The notes beneath the pieces are model-generated. The model saw only the letters and a list, made by a program, of their open reading frames with translations, did no database searches and was not told the DNA's origin. Below, in pieces: positions 27,884 through 39,245 of a stretch of DNA of 64,000 nucleotides (within the stretch, counting starts at the first letter, position 1; each line of letters opens with the position of its first letter). The DNA comes from a candidate division WWE3 bacterium (GTDB taxonomy: Bacteria; Patescibacteriota; WWE3; UBA101185; UBA10185): assembly GCA_016182565.1 (NCBI GenBank), contig JACPGI010000009.1:19154-83153 (forward strand), in the 5' to 3' direction. The position numbers and the translations under genes were made by a program.

Positions 27884-29242
27884 ATGAAGCTTTGCGTAAT
27901 AGGCACAGGTTACGTAGGGTTAGTTGGTGCGGCTGTATTTGCGGATTGGGGTAACGAGGTAATCGGCGTTGATATTGATGAGGCAAAAATTAAAAAAATT
28001 GAACGCGGGATAATGCCAATTTATGAACCGGGACTTTCAGATTTAGTTTTGTTAAATGTTAAACAAAAAAGACTTTCATTTACAACAAATTTAAAAAAAG
28101 GTATTCAGGGAGCTGAGATTGTTTTTATTTGTGTTGGGACACCTCAGAGTAAGTCAGGTTCAGCTGATTTAAGTCAGGTGTGGCAGGTATCAGAAAACAT
28201 TGGTAAATTTATGACAGATAAAATATATAAAGTTATAGTTACAAAAAGTACAGTTCCAGTAGGCACAAATGAAAAAGTCAAACAAATATTAAAAAAGTTT
28301 GCCCCAAAGAGTGCAAAATTTGATGTTGCATCAAACCCAGAATTTTTGCGTGAGGGGTGTTCAGTAAAAGATATGCAAAAGACAGAGCGCACTGTAGTTG
28401 GCACCGAGACTGAACGGGCAATGAAAGTAATGCGTAAGTTTTACGAACATTTAAATATGCCAATTGTTGAATGTGATTTAAGATCTTCAGAGATGATTAA
28501 GTATGCATCAAATGCTTTTCTTGCAACCAAAATTTCTTTTATAAATGAAATGGCACAGCTTTGTGAAAAAGCGGGAGCTGATGTTGTGAAGGTAGCAGAA
28601 GGGATGGGTCTTGATAGTCGTATTGGGTCTAAGTTCTTAAATGCTGGGATAGGTTATGGAGGTGCATGTTTTCCAAAAGATGTATCGGCTCTTAGAAGAA
28701 CTTCACTTGATTTTGCTTATGACTTTGCTTTGCTTCAGGGGGTCATGCGAGTAAACGATGTTCAAAAGCACTATTTTGCAAACAAAATCTACGAAGAATT
28801 TGGGGGCGAAAACTTAAGTGGACTTACCTTTGCCTGTTTGGGGCTTGCCTTCAAAGGTGACACTGATGACACTAGAGAGTCTGTTGCAATAAAAATTATT
28901 CATTTGCTGCGTGGAAGAGGTGCTCAGGTAAGAGTATATGATCCAGAGGCTATGGAAAACGCTAAAAGAGAACTTGGTACCAGTAGTGTATTTTTTGCTA
29001 AAGATAAATACGAAGTTTTAAAGGGGGCGGATGCAATGCTTATTCTTACAGAATGGGGAGAGTTTAAGGATATGGACCTCACAAAGGTTAAAAAGCTTCT
29101 TAAAAAGCCGTTGATTTTTGATGGGAGAAATCTTCTTGATAAAAAAGTGGTCGAGGCTAATGGTTTTAAATACCTTGCAATTGGTCGAAAAACTGGTTCG
29201 CAAAAGCAAAAGGCCCCAGATTTTAGGGCAGCAATCCTTTAG
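27884..29242 (+). CDS. ugd: UDP-glucose 6-dehydrogenase (nucleotide-sugar dehydrogenase family)
   Basis: Rossmann GTGYVG. Catalytic Cys motif GGACFPKD. UDPG_MGDP_dh C-terminal domain. Confidence 0.85.
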   Translation: MKLCVIGTGYVGLVGAAVFADWGNEVIGVDIDEAKIKKIERGIMPIYEPGLSDLVLLNVKQKRLSFTTNLKKGIQGAEIVFICVGTPQSKSGSADLSQVWQVSENIGKFMTDKIYKVIVTKSTVPVGTNEKVKQILKKFAPKSAKFDVASNPEFLREGCSVKDMQKTERTVVGTETERAMKVMRKFYEHLNMPIVECDLRSSEMIKYASNAFLATKISFINEMAQLCEKAGADVVKVAEGMGLDSRIGSKFLNAGIGYGGACFPKDVSALRRTSLDFAYDFALLQGVMRVNDVQKHYFANKIYEEFGGENLSGLTFACLGLAFKGDTDDTRESVAIKIIHLLRGRGAQVRVYDPEAMENAKRELGTSSVFFAKDKYEVLKGADAMLILTEWGEFKDMDLTKVKKLLKKPLIFDGRNLLDKKVVEANGFKYLAIGRKTGSQKQKAPDFRAAIL

Positions 29243-29274
29243 TACTACGATACTAAAAAAGCTATAATACAACT

Positions 29275-30453
29275 ATGAAGAAAAGAGTATTGGTTTTTGT
29301 ACCTGAGTTCCCCGTTATTTCCGAGACTTTCATTGAAAGGGAACTTTCTGAGCTTGCAAAAAGTCAAAAAATCGAATTAAAAATTTATGCCTTGAAAAAA
29401 GGTGCTGATTTTAGCGACCAAGCCTTATCTTTGCATACAGAGTACATAAATCTATCATTTACTGATATTCTTTTCGGAAAACTATATTATCTTTTTAAGA
29501 AGCCTTCCAAGTTTTTCGAATGTTTACGCATTGCTACCCCAAAGAGATATTTCCTATTTGTAAAAAGCTTAGGTTATGCAAAGATTTTTTCTAAATTTAA
29601 CCCCGATATCATTTATTCTCATTTTATGTCTACACCATCTACCATTGGATTATTTGCCTCAATTTTACTTGAAAAAGAATTTGCAATTTCAGCTCATGCG
29701 AGAGATGTTTTTGAATATCCCGATCTACCAAGAGAAAAATTAGAGCGAGCAAAATTTATAACTATTTGTAACAAAACAGCGTACAAGCACTTTTTAAACT
29801 TATGTGTTGGTATGTCTACATCCAAAGTTCATCTTCTGTTTCATGGTATCCCGAAATTTATAAATTCCTTTTCTGCAAATAAATCAAACCATGGCGGAAA
29901 TATGAAGGAAATTCTTTTTATTGGCAGGCTAGTTGAAAAAAAAGGTGTAAGGTATTTACTTGAATCTATAGTTTGGTTAAAAGAGAATCTAAAAGAATAC
30001 CCTCTAACCTTAAATATAATAGGTAGTGGCCCATTGATGACAAGTCTTAAAGATATCTCTAAAAAGTTAAAAATTGAGGATCATGTGGTGTTTACTGGGG
30101 AACTTCCGTTTGAAAAAACAATAACTTATTTTCAAAGCGCAAATATTTATGTTCAGCCAAGTATAAACATGAATTCCGGTGATTCTGATGGGATACCAAA
30201 TACCTTAATTGAGGCGGCTATGGCAAGTCTTCCTATAGTTACAACTGATGCAGGAAGTATTGCTGATTTTTTAGATGAAACAAATGCTTTGGTTGTTTCA
30301 CAAAAAGACTCAATTGCCTTGGCTAAAGCAATAAGAAACTTAATTTTGGATGATAATTTAGCACAGAGGTTAGCAAAGAAGGCTAATGAAAAAGCATTAG
30401 TTATGTTTGATATTAAAAATAATGTCGAGAAAATTGAAAGACTTCTAGTTTAA
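29275..30453 (+). CDS. GT4 glycosyltransferase (GT-B)
   Basis: EKKGVRYLLESI...GSG...GIPNTLIEAAMASLPIVTTDAGS pattern (E-x7-E region). Confidence 0.8.
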   Translation: MKKRVLVFVPEFPVISETFIERELSELAKSQKIELKIYALKKGADFSDQALSLHTEYINLSFTDILFGKLYYLFKKPSKFFECLRIATPKRYFLFVKSLGYAKIFSKFNPDIIYSHFMSTPSTIGLFASILLEKEFAISAHARDVFEYPDLPREKLERAKFITICNKTAYKHFLNLCVGMSTSKVHLLFHGIPKFINSFSANKSNHGGNMKEILFIGRLVEKKGVRYLLESIVWLKENLKEYPLTLNIIGSGPLMTSLKDISKKLKIEDHVVFTGELPFEKTITYFQSANIYVQPSINMNSGDSDGIPNTLIEAAMASLPIVTTDAGSIADFLDETNALVVSQKDSIALAKAIRNLILDDNLAQRLAKKANEKALVMFDIKNNVEKIERLLV

Positions 30454-30469
30454 AAGCGAGCTTTAATAT

Positions 30470-31711
30470 ATGAAAATAGCTGTATTTATAAAAAGAACAA
30501 CTTTACATAAGGGTTTTGGGGGTCTTGAAACTCAAAATAAAACACTTTGTGAGGGACTTGTAGCAAAAGGGCATGACATAACTGTATTTTCTCCAAGTTA
30601 CGAACTGCTACAAAAAGAAGATTTGTTAAATGGAGTTAAATATATATTTGTACCATCTTTGTATGCAGCACAATTTGGTTTTTCTAGTTGGAACAAAAAC
30701 AATTGGGTAAATAGATCTTTTGAAGTATTCAACATTTTACACAAAAAAGAAAAATTTGATGTGGTTTTAGGGCAAAGCTCTGCTGCTCTTGGTATCCTTC
30801 GAAAAGTCAAAATTCCTACTGTATCCATTTCTCACGGCACTATCATAGGGGAGATTTCAACCCAACTTTTAAATCTAAGGACATTTAAAGATTATTTAAG
30901 AATTATCCTAGATTTAGGATATGCCACTTATAATTTCTTTGGACGTCAAAGGGAATTTGTCACCCACTCAAAAAAAATTGTCGCAGTATCCCAATTTGTA
31001 AAAAACTGTCTAATTGAAGAAACATTTATTCCAGAAAACAAAGTTGAAGTTATTTATAACGGGATAAACTTAAAAGCTTTAGCTCCAGAGATTATAGATG
31101 TTTCTGAGAAAGGTGATGCGGTAGATGATGTTCATTCTTTTGGAATTATTTATGTAGGTCGCTTGCATCCATCTAAAGGTCTTTCAGATTTACTACTTGC
31201 TATTAAGAAACTGGGAAATAGAAACGCTGAGTTTAAATTAAAAGTAAGGCTTAATATTGTTGGAGATGGCGAAAAGTCCTATGTGACAAGTTTAAAAAAA
31301 CTAGTACATGATTTGCAACTTGACTCAAGAGTGTTTTTTGTAGGAAATGTTTCTTTAGGCAAAGTATACAATTTCCTTAAAACAAGTAATGTTTTTGTAC
31401 TTCCTTCAAGGCGTAAGGAGGGTTTTCCAATGACTCTAGTGGAAGCTATGTTTGCATCTTTACCTATTATTGGGGCAAATGTTGGTGGCATTCCTGAAGC
31501 CGTAAGTGATGGTGTCACAGGACTTTTATTTGAATCTGGTAACATAGATAAGTTGAGCGAGTGTATAGAAAAACTTTTTGAGAATAGGGCCTTGTGTAAT
31601 ACAATGTCTAAAGAAGCAAACGTGCGAGCGCATAGTCAATTTACGCTTGAAACTATGCTTGATAAGTATGAAAAAGTATTAATTGAAGCAATGAACGGTA
31701 ATAAAAATTAG
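30470..31711 (+). CDS. GT4 glycosyltransferase (GT-B)
   Basis: GRLHPSKGLSDLL...EGFPMTLVEAMFASLPIIGANVGGIPE. Confidence 0.8.
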   Translation: MKIAVFIKRTTLHKGFGGLETQNKTLCEGLVAKGHDITVFSPSYELLQKEDLLNGVKYIFVPSLYAAQFGFSSWNKNNWVNRSFEVFNILHKKEKFDVVLGQSSAALGILRKVKIPTVSISHGTIIGEISTQLLNLRTFKDYLRIILDLGYATYNFFGRQREFVTHSKKIVAVSQFVKNCLIEETFIPENKVEVIYNGINLKALAPEIIDVSEKGDAVDDVHSFGIIYVGRLHPSKGLSDLLLAIKKLGNRNAEFKLKVRLNIVGDGEKSYVTSLKKLVHDLQLDSRVFFVGNVSLGKVYNFLKTSNVFVLPSRRKEGFPMTLVEAMFASLPIIGANVGGIPEAVSDGVTGLLFESGNIDKLSECIEKLFENRALCNTMSKEANVRAHSQFTLETMLDKYEKVLIEAMNGNKN

Positions 31712-32893
31712 ATGAAAATACTTCGCATAATTTATGATTGGCCTCCTCCATGGGATGGTCTTGCAGCCGCTCCCTATGAGATGACAAAGGCCCAGAAGCT
31801 TCTGGGTCACGACATTGAAGTATTTTGTGGGCGTTGGCCAAATGCTGGTTCAATCGAACAAATACTTGGTGTTAAACTCCACTCTTTTATTAGGGAACCT
31901 TTATCTGGAACATTAGCTTTAACAATTTCCCCACTTATGTTTTTGTACTATCTTTGGTGGCGAAGAACAAATACGATTGATGTAATTCATTCCCACGGTC
32001 ATTTTGCAATTTGGATATATTGGTATAGGAGGTTTTTAAAAAAGAATTTTCCCAATTCAAAAGAGTTGAAAATACCACTGGTTGTTCATTTTCATAATAC
32101 TGTCAAGGGAAGAGCTGCTAATCTTGCTGAAAATAACAAAGAAATAAAGACAATCTCAAGATACATATCTTGGCCAATGGCGGAAAAGTCCGATAGATGG
32201 GCAGTAGAAGTTGCGAATTCCTGTATTTTTGTAAGCCACGATATAAAAGATGAGGCTATAAAATATTATGGGGCAAAACCCGATAAGTGTTTTGTAGTAG
32301 AAACAGGGGTAAATCCCGACCTTTTTTCTACCGTTAAATATGAGGAACGTGTAAAGACTAGAAAGGAGCTGGGTTTTGTAGATACTGATAAGGTAATTCT
32401 TAACCATGGGGCTATGGTTGAAAGAAAAAACGTCCATTTACTAATCGAGGCTGTAGCTTTATTGCCATTTCAGTTTAAGTTGCTTTTAGTTGGGCCGGAA
32501 AGTGATGCTGATTATGAGTTTAAACTTAAAAAAATAATTCAAGAAAAGCATATGGAAGATAGAATTGTTCGGGTAGGTTATACTCCGTACCCACAGGTTC
32601 CAATTGCTTTCCAATCATCTGACTTGTTTGTTTTGCCATCGTCTTGGGAAGGTCTTCCAAAAGTTGTCATGCAGAGTTTGTCTTGCGGTGTCCCTGCCCT
32701 CGCATCCGGTTTTAAGGCAAGTCATTCAATAGATGGGTTATATTACATAAAAAATCTTGATGCTCAAACTATCGCAAGACAGATATTTGATATTTTAGAA
32801 TCTCACAACGTTGTGGATATTAATTTCGTCAGATCCCATTATTCCTGGCATGTAATGGCAAAGAAAGTTGATGCAGTTTATGAAAATCTTTAA
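31712..32893 (+). CDS. GT4 glycosyltransferase (GT-B)
   Basis: ERKNVHLLIEAV...WEGLPKVVMQSLSCGVPALAS. Confidence 0.75.
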   Translation: MKILRIIYDWPPPWDGLAAAPYEMTKAQKLLGHDIEVFCGRWPNAGSIEQILGVKLHSFIREPLSGTLALTISPLMFLYYLWWRRTNTIDVIHSHGHFAIWIYWYRRFLKKNFPNSKELKIPLVVHFHNTVKGRAANLAENNKEIKTISRYISWPMAEKSDRWAVEVANSCIFVSHDIKDEAIKYYGAKPDKCFVVETGVNPDLFSTVKYEERVKTRKELGFVDTDKVILNHGAMVERKNVHLLIEAVALLPFQFKLLLVGPESDADYEFKLKKIIQEKHMEDRIVRVGYTPYPQVPIAFQSSDLFVLPSSWEGLPKVVMQSLSCGVPALASGFKASHSIDGLYYIKNLDAQTIARQIFDILESHNVVDINFVRSHYSWHVMAKKVDAVYENL

Positions 32894-35090
32894 GTCATTC
32901 AAAAATAAGCAATTTATGCAAAACATAACAAATAAACTCCCATTTCTAACCGTGTTGCTATTTTCCCTCATTATTTTTGCGGTATCAGTGCGTATAAGTT
33001 ACTCCAGATACTTAAATTTTGAAAATGGAAAATTTGACCTTGGTAATATGTCTCAGATGGTTTGGAATACAATGAATGGGAAATTTATGTATCTTACTGA
33101 TTACTTTGGTACAAACATGCCCCGTTGGGGGATGAGCCATGTAGACCCACTTTTAATTATTTTTGTGCCACTTATGGTAATTTTTAAGTCCCCACTAGTT
33201 CTAGTTTTTGGACAACTTTTTCTGGTGATTTTTTCCTCACTAATTCTTTATAAAATTGCGTATCTTGAGTTAAAACACAGATGGGCTGCTGCTTTTATTG
33301 CCATTTCATATTTACTGTATCCAGCTATAGGGTATATTTTGGCTTGGACTGATTTTCACGGGGTTACCGCTGCAATGCCATTCTTTTTTGCTGCGTTTTA
33401 TTTGTTTGAACAGATGTACCAAACTAATGACTTTTCAAAAAAGAAACTCATACTTTTTTGGCTTTGCTTAATTCTTACGATGTCAGGAAAAGAGGAGATA
33501 CCATTGTTTGTATTTATGTTTGGATTTTTCATACTTTTTTGGCGAAACAATTTCGCAAAATTATTTGAGGGTTTAGTTTCTCAAGCAGACTTACCAACTT
33601 ATACTACACAGCTTAAACAATTTTTTGTTACAAGAAATGCCAAGTTGGCAATTACAATGATGGTTGTAAGTTTTGTATGGTTTTATTACGCATTCTTTAT
33701 TTTGATACCAAACTCAGCCCATTACCGAGTTAATGGCTACAACAAATTTGTAGAGAGTATTGGGGTAACACCAGAGGAGACTATAAATGTTGATAGTAAA
33801 AATTATTTCTTGTTACGGTATGAGGAATTTGGTAGTGGCTATACTGAAATTATTTTTAACGTGGTAACAAATCCAGTTAAGGTTATGCGTGCCTGGGTTG
33901 ATGGGGGAAAGCCGACTTATTTTACTCAAACATTTTTGCCCACTCTATACTTACCTTTAGTATATCCACCACTTTTTGCTATGGCCATACCGGAACTTAT
34001 CATAAATTATACAAGCACGGCTGGGGGTGTGAGTACTGCAAATATTGAAAATCACCGTATTTCCATGATTGTTGTTATTTTATTTATTGCTCTAACGTAT
34101 GGTGTTAATTTTTTAGCCCAATTTTTCAAAAAATATCTCAAAATATCCGAAGTTTTTACCGTGTATCTTTTAGCAATTTCCTTGCTTGTTGTTAATATTA
34201 TTAAAACCTTTGAATATAGTAATCCAGTTTATTTATGGATGCAGCAAGCAGTAAGCAGAAGGGTAGTAGCTATAGTAAAAGCTGAAGAAAATCTAATTAA
34301 AGACGATAGGGCATTTAGTAAAAAAATAAAAGAGGGAGACAGGTTAAAACTTGTAAGACTAGAAACAAAGGATAGGGATTGCGCGGGCTATATTATGAAG
34401 TATATTCCAGATTGGGCTTCTGTCACAGGTCCTGACTATATGGGGGCAAAGTTATCGCTTAGAGAAACTTACGCTTTATTTCCAGCTTTATATAAAGAGG
34501 CTGATTATATAATTGCAGACATATATGCAAGAAAAGTCTCAAGAATATTAGGTATTCCATCAATTGTAATTAATAGTAAGGTTGCCGATATTATGATTGA
34601 CCCAAATTACCATCCAAAGTTTATTTGTGGAAATTTGGCATTATTTGAAAGGCAAGCTTTATTAGATAATGAAATACCAAAACAAGTGGAGCTTCCAATC
34701 CAACAGGTTTTTAACTTTACGCCAAAAGTTGATTATCTTATTGATCGGGGGTTATTTTTACGAGACTATTTGATGCCGGACACTTTTTCACGTCAAGAAT
34801 TTTATGTTGCAGATTTTGTTTATGAACGTAAAGAGTCAATGTCCCTTGATGACTACAAGCTATTTCTTACTTTTGTTGATATGAATGATAATGAGTACTT
34901 CCAGATACCGCACCTTGCTTCATATGCTATGAAACCTCTGAAAGATTTTAACTTTGAACGCTTTTATGTAGAAAAGGTCAATTTAATGCTGCCTGACTTT
35001 ATGAATACCGGTAAATATCGTGTATTTCTTGGCCTAACTAACGGTATTGATACCCAAAGCATTTATTTGAAGGAAGTTGAGGTTAAGTAA
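32868..35090 (+). CDS. DUF2079-like polytopic membrane protein (putative GT-C type), 740 aa
   Basis: N-terminal FDLGNMSQMVWNT...MSHVDPLLIIFVPL block resembles DUF2079 as I recall it. About 12 TM helices plus a C-terminal soluble domain. An alternative internal start is possible. Confidence 0.55.
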   Translation: MMQFMKIFKSFKNKQFMQNITNKLPFLTVLLFSLIIFAVSVRISYSRYLNFENGKFDLGNMSQMVWNTMNGKFMYLTDYFGTNMPRWGMSHVDPLLIIFVPLMVIFKSPLVLVFGQLFLVIFSSLILYKIAYLELKHRWAAAFIAISYLLYPAIGYILAWTDFHGVTAAMPFFFAAFYLFEQMYQTNDFSKKKLILFWLCLILTMSGKEEIPLFVFMFGFFILFWRNNFAKLFEGLVSQADLPTYTTQLKQFFVTRNAKLAITMMVVSFVWFYYAFFILIPNSAHYRVNGYNKFVESIGVTPEETINVDSKNYFLLRYEEFGSGYTEIIFNVVTNPVKVMRAWVDGGKPTYFTQTFLPTLYLPLVYPPLFAMAIPELIINYTSTAGGVSTANIENHRISMIVVILFIALTYGVNFLAQFFKKYLKISEVFTVYLLAISLLVVNIIKTFEYSNPVYLWMQQAVSRRVVAIVKAEENLIKDDRAFSKKIKEGDRLKLVRLETKDRDCAGYIMKYIPDWASVTGPDYMGAKLSLRETYALFPALYKEADYIIADIYARKVSRILGIPSIVINSKVADIMIDPNYHPKFICGNLALFERQALLDNEIPKQVELPIQQVFNFTPKVDYLIDRGLFLRDYLMPDTFSRQEFYVADFVYERKESMSLDDYKLFLTFVDMNDNEYFQIPHLASYAMKPLKDFNFERFYVEKVNLMLPDFMNTGKYRVFLGLTNGIDTQSIYLKEVEVK

Positions 35091-36600
35091 TCAAATGAAA
35101 GGTAGTGACTTTGTGCAAGCAGATAATACAGTGGAAGATAAATCTCTTTTAAAATGGCAAACGATAAGTTTTATTTCCCGTATGATGGCCATGGGTTTTG
35201 GAATAATTCAAAGTGTGATTATAGTAAGAATATTATCAGTTGCCGAATATGGTTTGGTTAGTATTGTAACTTCGGTAGGTGCAGCTTTTGGTGTTTATCA
35301 ACATCTTGGCCTTGCCTCAGGAAGCACAAGGGAGATTGCAACTGTGAAAGATCCCAAGCAAATATTTAAAATATTTTTTACTTCGACAATTATTCGTTAC
35401 ATCATTTCAGGCCCACTTGCTCTTACCCTTTATTTTCTAGCACCCTACATAGCAACCCATATTTATGGTCAACCAGAATTAATATTTCTCTTAAGACTTT
35501 ATGCAATTGTAATGATTGCTCAGGGATTGCAAAGCATATTTAACTCAGTAATCTCAGGCATGGAACGTTTTAAAAGACTTTTTATATACCAAGTTTTTAT
35601 TGCCGGTTGCAGTCTTATTATCTACATTCCACTTATTTATTTCTATAAAGTTACGGGGTTTTTCTATGCCCTTTTAATATTTAATATATTAAGTTCTTCA
35701 ATTCTTGGTTTCTTGGCACTAAAACCTATTTCAAGTAGTTTTGTGTTTCCAACTAAGGCTGAATTCAAGGTGTTGTTTAAAGAGATATTGTCAATTAGTC
35801 TTGGAATTTTTGCTGTGAAGATTATTTACACTTACTGGAATAAAATAGGGCCTTTAGTCCTGGGAGTATCACTTAGTCCTGAACAGGTTGGGATATTTAG
35901 CTTTGCCCTTTTATATAGCGGCAAGTTGATGTCGATATCAGATTCGATAACAGATGTGAATTTACCAGTGCTCTCAAGAAAATTTAAAGAAAACTTCGAA
36001 GAATTTAAACACATTTTTTCGTCTAATTTTGATAAGATTTTCGCTTTTATTCTTTTTGTTGGTGGCAGTGCTATATATTGGGTTGGGGAACTAGCTTATT
36101 TAGTAATTGATAAAACAAAATATGAAGCTTCATACCATCTTATTCTCCCGATAATTTTTGCTTTTATTTTCTATTCGGTAATAAATGTAGTCAAATCAAG
36201 TATCTTAATTCCAGCCAAATTTATTAAAGAAATGATTGTAAGCTTTGTTTTGTTAATTGGAATTACAGTACTTTCCTATGTTAGTTTGTTAAAAATTACT
36301 GATCCACTTAACGCTATGGCTTACGGTATGGCAATTGGTTCTTTTACCAGCATGATGTTTATAGCATCAATATCAGTCATAAAAATTAAATACAATTTTT
36401 TTAACAAATCGCATCTATTTCTTTTTATCTTTGTGATACTTCTTAGTACATTAGAAGTTGAGATGTTTTCAAAGCTTAAACTTTATTGTTACGTAGGATT
36501 TGTTTTCACATACTACAAATTAATTATGTACTTTAATTACTTAAATTATGAACAGATTGGTTCTTTATTCTTGGATATAAAGAAAAAATTTACCAAATAA
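35077..36600 (+). CDS. MOP-superfamily polysaccharide biosynthesis protein / flippase (Wzx-like)
   Basis: About 14 TM. N-terminal RILSVAEYGLVSIVTSVGAAFGVYQHLGL pattern typical of Wzx/RfbX-type flippases. Confidence 0.65.
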   Translation: MRLSNQMKGSDFVQADNTVEDKSLLKWQTISFISRMMAMGFGIIQSVIIVRILSVAEYGLVSIVTSVGAAFGVYQHLGLASGSTREIATVKDPKQIFKIFFTSTIIRYIISGPLALTLYFLAPYIATHIYGQPELIFLLRLYAIVMIAQGLQSIFNSVISGMERFKRLFIYQVFIAGCSLIIYIPLIYFYKVTGFFYALLIFNILSSSILGFLALKPISSSFVFPTKAEFKVLFKEILSISLGIFAVKIIYTYWNKIGPLVLGVSLSPEQVGIFSFALLYSGKLMSISDSITDVNLPVLSRKFKENFEEFKHIFSSNFDKIFAFILFVGGSAIYWVGELAYLVIDKTKYEASYHLILPIIFAFIFYSVINVVKSSILIPAKFIKEMIVSFVLLIGITVLSYVSLLKITDPLNAMAYGMAIGSFTSMMFIASISVIKIKYNFFNKSHLFLFIFVILLSTLEVEMFSKLKLYCYVGFVFTYYKLIMYFNYLNYEQIGSLFLDIKKKFTK

Positions 36601-36610
36601 GTTTAGCTGC

Positions 36611-37549
36611 ATGAAAAAAAATATAAAAATAATTTTCAAAATACTTGTAAGTTTACTTTTAATTTCCATTATTCTTCTTAAAGTAGATAATAGTTTAGTA
36701 ATAAAAAACCTTTCTTTAGTGGATGTTAGTTTTATTCCAGCAATTATTTTAATGTTTTTATTGAACTATTTTCTAAGCTCTTTAAGATGGAAAAAATTGA
36801 TTTTAAGTAGTAGCACTACGTCCATATCAACTGTTTATCTTACAAAACTTTATATAATAGGGTCGTTTTTTAACAACTTTATGCCAACAAGCATTGGTGG
36901 GGATGTTTACAAAGTTTATCGGTTGGGTAAAAAGATTAAAAATACTACTGAGGCATTTATCGCTACTTTTATGGAGCGTTTTACTGGTATGATTGCTTTG
37001 GTTTTAATATCCTATCTTGGCCTTATAAAGACCTTAGGTTTCTGGATTGCCCAACTTCCACCTTTTCTTTCTGTAAATTCAACCTTTCTTTTATTTTTTA
37101 AATTTCTACTTTTTGGTGGTTTTTGGATTTTTGCTGTTGCGGGATTTTTATCACTTAAAATCTTTTCTAAAAAATTTAACGTCTTACATGACATTTATGA
37201 TTCCCTTTTACGATATAAAAATAAAAAAAGAATTTTAATCGATGCAGTATTGACCTCATTTTTGGTTCAATTAGTAGCGATTTTGTCGCATTGGCTTGTT
37301 TTGAAATCTTTAGGTGTCACAGTTGAATATTCATATGCACTTTTTGTGTTTCCGATTATTTTTCTTGCTGGTTTTTTTATCCCATCAATAAATGGATTTG
37401 GAGTACAGGATGCATTATATATAAGGTTTTTTACCGAGGTTGGTGTTCCCATGGAGCTCGCGTTATCTGCATCTATAACATATCATTTTTTTAAACTTGC
37501 TGTAAGTTTATTAGGGGGTCTTTTTTATGCATTTGATAAATCTGATTAA
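36611..37549 (+). CDS. LPG_synthase_TM (UPF0104) flippase-like membrane protein
   Basis: 8 TM with the signature FMPTSIGGDVYKVYRLGK. Confidence 0.6.
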   Translation: MKKNIKIIFKILVSLLLISIILLKVDNSLVIKNLSLVDVSFIPAIILMFLLNYFLSSLRWKKLILSSSTTSISTVYLTKLYIIGSFFNNFMPTSIGGDVYKVYRLGKKIKNTTEAFIATFMERFTGMIALVLISYLGLIKTLGFWIAQLPPFLSVNSTFLLFFKFLLFGGFWIFAVAGFLSLKIFSKKFNVLHDIYDSLLRYKNKKRILIDAVLTSFLVQLVAILSHWLVLKSLGVTVEYSYALFVFPIIFLAGFFIPSINGFGVQDALYIRFFTEVGVPMELALSASITYHFFKLAVSLLGGLFYAFDKSD

Positions 37550-39245
37550 AAAAACAAAAGGAAACTTAAATTACATAAAACTTGAAAAATGGTTTTTTAT
37601 AATATTTTTTGTTGTAGTTTTTTTAATAACAAGATTACCCTATTTGAGTAAAGACACTGTAAATCCGGATAGTGTAAACTGGCACACAAGATCCGAACAA
37701 TTTATAAATGGGTTAAAGTATTTTCAGCTTGATAAAACTTATCAACATTATCAACCCGGAGTTACTTTAATGTGGCTGATGGGGCCGACTATCGAAATTG
37801 TAAGAAGGCTATCTCTTGACGGGGCAGTTTACAACGAGTTTACTTTTCCAATTTATGATTACGTAGCAAAAATCGTGGTTGTTTTTTCTCAACTAATACT
37901 TTCTATTTCCGCAATGTATCTTTTTGCCAATTTTTTCAAGCTGAGAAAAGCTTTTTTTGTAGTCTTATTGTTTACTTTAGAACCATTTTTTATTGGTAAC
38001 TCCAGGCTTGTTCATTTGGATATCTTAATGAGCCTTCTATTATTAAATGGACTAATTTTGTCCTACTGGGTTATAAAAAAGTTTAACTTAACTCGTCTTG
38101 TTATTGCGTCCATTTTATTTGCATTGGCTTTTTTGACAAAAAGTATCGGAGTAGGGGGATTCTTATATGCATCGTTTGTTGGTGCTTTATTGATCTTTCT
38201 AACTGAAATAAAAAATGATCCAAAAAACACGCAGCTTATAAAAATCAGCTTAAATAAAGCCTTAAAGTACTTAGTTTTATTCTTATTTTTTAGTTTCATA
38301 TTTATCTTTATATTTTGGCCAGCACTTTGGGTAAATTTCACAGAGGTTATGGGATATTTATATTACGGTGCATTTAGGGTAGGTTTAGCTAAAGGGCACA
38401 ACCAAATATTTTTGGAAGGTAAGACAAGGGACGCCGGATGGCTGTTTTATCCTGTCGTGATGCTATATAAAACATCCATTTTTACTTCGTTTGGTGTATT
38501 ATTAAACCTTTTGTTAGTGAGCCCAAGAAATTTATTTAATAAACTAAAGCACCTTTTTACCCCAATTAGAAATTTCAAGGTAAGTGCTTCAAAAATAATT
38601 CCTAATGTTGTAAGAATTGCAGATAGTTTTACCCTTGAACAATATCTTTTTGTTTTCTATGTAGGTTACTTTGTTGTTATGTCTATTAGCAGTAAAAAAA
38701 TCGACCGCTACGCTGTTGTTATGTTTCCCATGCTTTCGATTCTTGCCATAAATGGATATTTTAAATATCTAATGTTATTTAAATCCCGTATGTTAAACCT
38801 TGTGAGTACTATATTTGTACTTGGTTTGTTTACATATGGGTTAATAATTCCAAGCTTTACCTTTTTTCCATATTATTTTACCTATACAAATCCATTGCTT
38901 GGTACACCTCAATATGTTCATGAGAATATTTTGGCCCAAAAACCATTTGGTATAGGTATGTACGCTGTGAAAGACTTAATTGTAGAAAAATATGGCTCGA
39001 CAAGAGATATTGCACTTATTGATCCGAAGCCTATGATGAGTATATATAACAAAGATCATGTGTATTATGTTGATGTAGTTGGAACGAGAGTTTTTGATAC
39101 TCTAATTCTTGGCGTTAATGAAAAAATGCCCGGTAAGGTGACTAAAGGTAAGTTCGAATTTATTAAATCTGATTCTATCTATATAAATGGGTTAGAATAC
39201 TGGAGAATATATGTACGAGGTAATGAAAAAATTAAAACCCCATAA
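37527..39245 (+). CDS. GT-C glycosyltransferase, PMT/ArnT-like (GT39/GT83-type), paralog 1
   Basis: TRLPYLSKDTVNPDSVNWHTRS...YQPGVTLMW first periplasmic loop. More than 10 TM. C-terminal soluble domain. Paralogous to 40804..42486. Confidence 0.6.
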   Translation: MHLINLIKKTKGNLNYIKLEKWFFIIFFVVVFLITRLPYLSKDTVNPDSVNWHTRSEQFINGLKYFQLDKTYQHYQPGVTLMWLMGPTIEIVRRLSLDGAVYNEFTFPIYDYVAKIVVVFSQLILSISAMYLFANFFKLRKAFFVVLLFTLEPFFIGNSRLVHLDILMSLLLLNGLILSYWVIKKFNLTRLVIASILFALAFLTKSIGVGGFLYASFVGALLIFLTEIKNDPKNTQLIKISLNKALKYLVLFLFFSFIFIFIFWPALWVNFTEVMGYLYYGAFRVGLAKGHNQIFLEGKTRDAGWLFYPVVMLYKTSIFTSFGVLLNLLLVSPRNLFNKLKHLFTPIRNFKVSASKIIPNVVRIADSFTLEQYLFVFYVGYFVVMSISSKKIDRYAVVMFPMLSILAINGYFKYLMLFKSRMLNLVSTIFVLGLFTYGLIIPSFTFFPYYFTYTNPLLGTPQYVHENILAQKPFGIGMYAVKDLIVEKYGSTRDIALIDPKPMMSIYNKDHVYYVDVVGTRVFDTLILGVNEKMPGKVTKGKFEFIKSDSIYINGLEYWRIYVRGNEKIKTP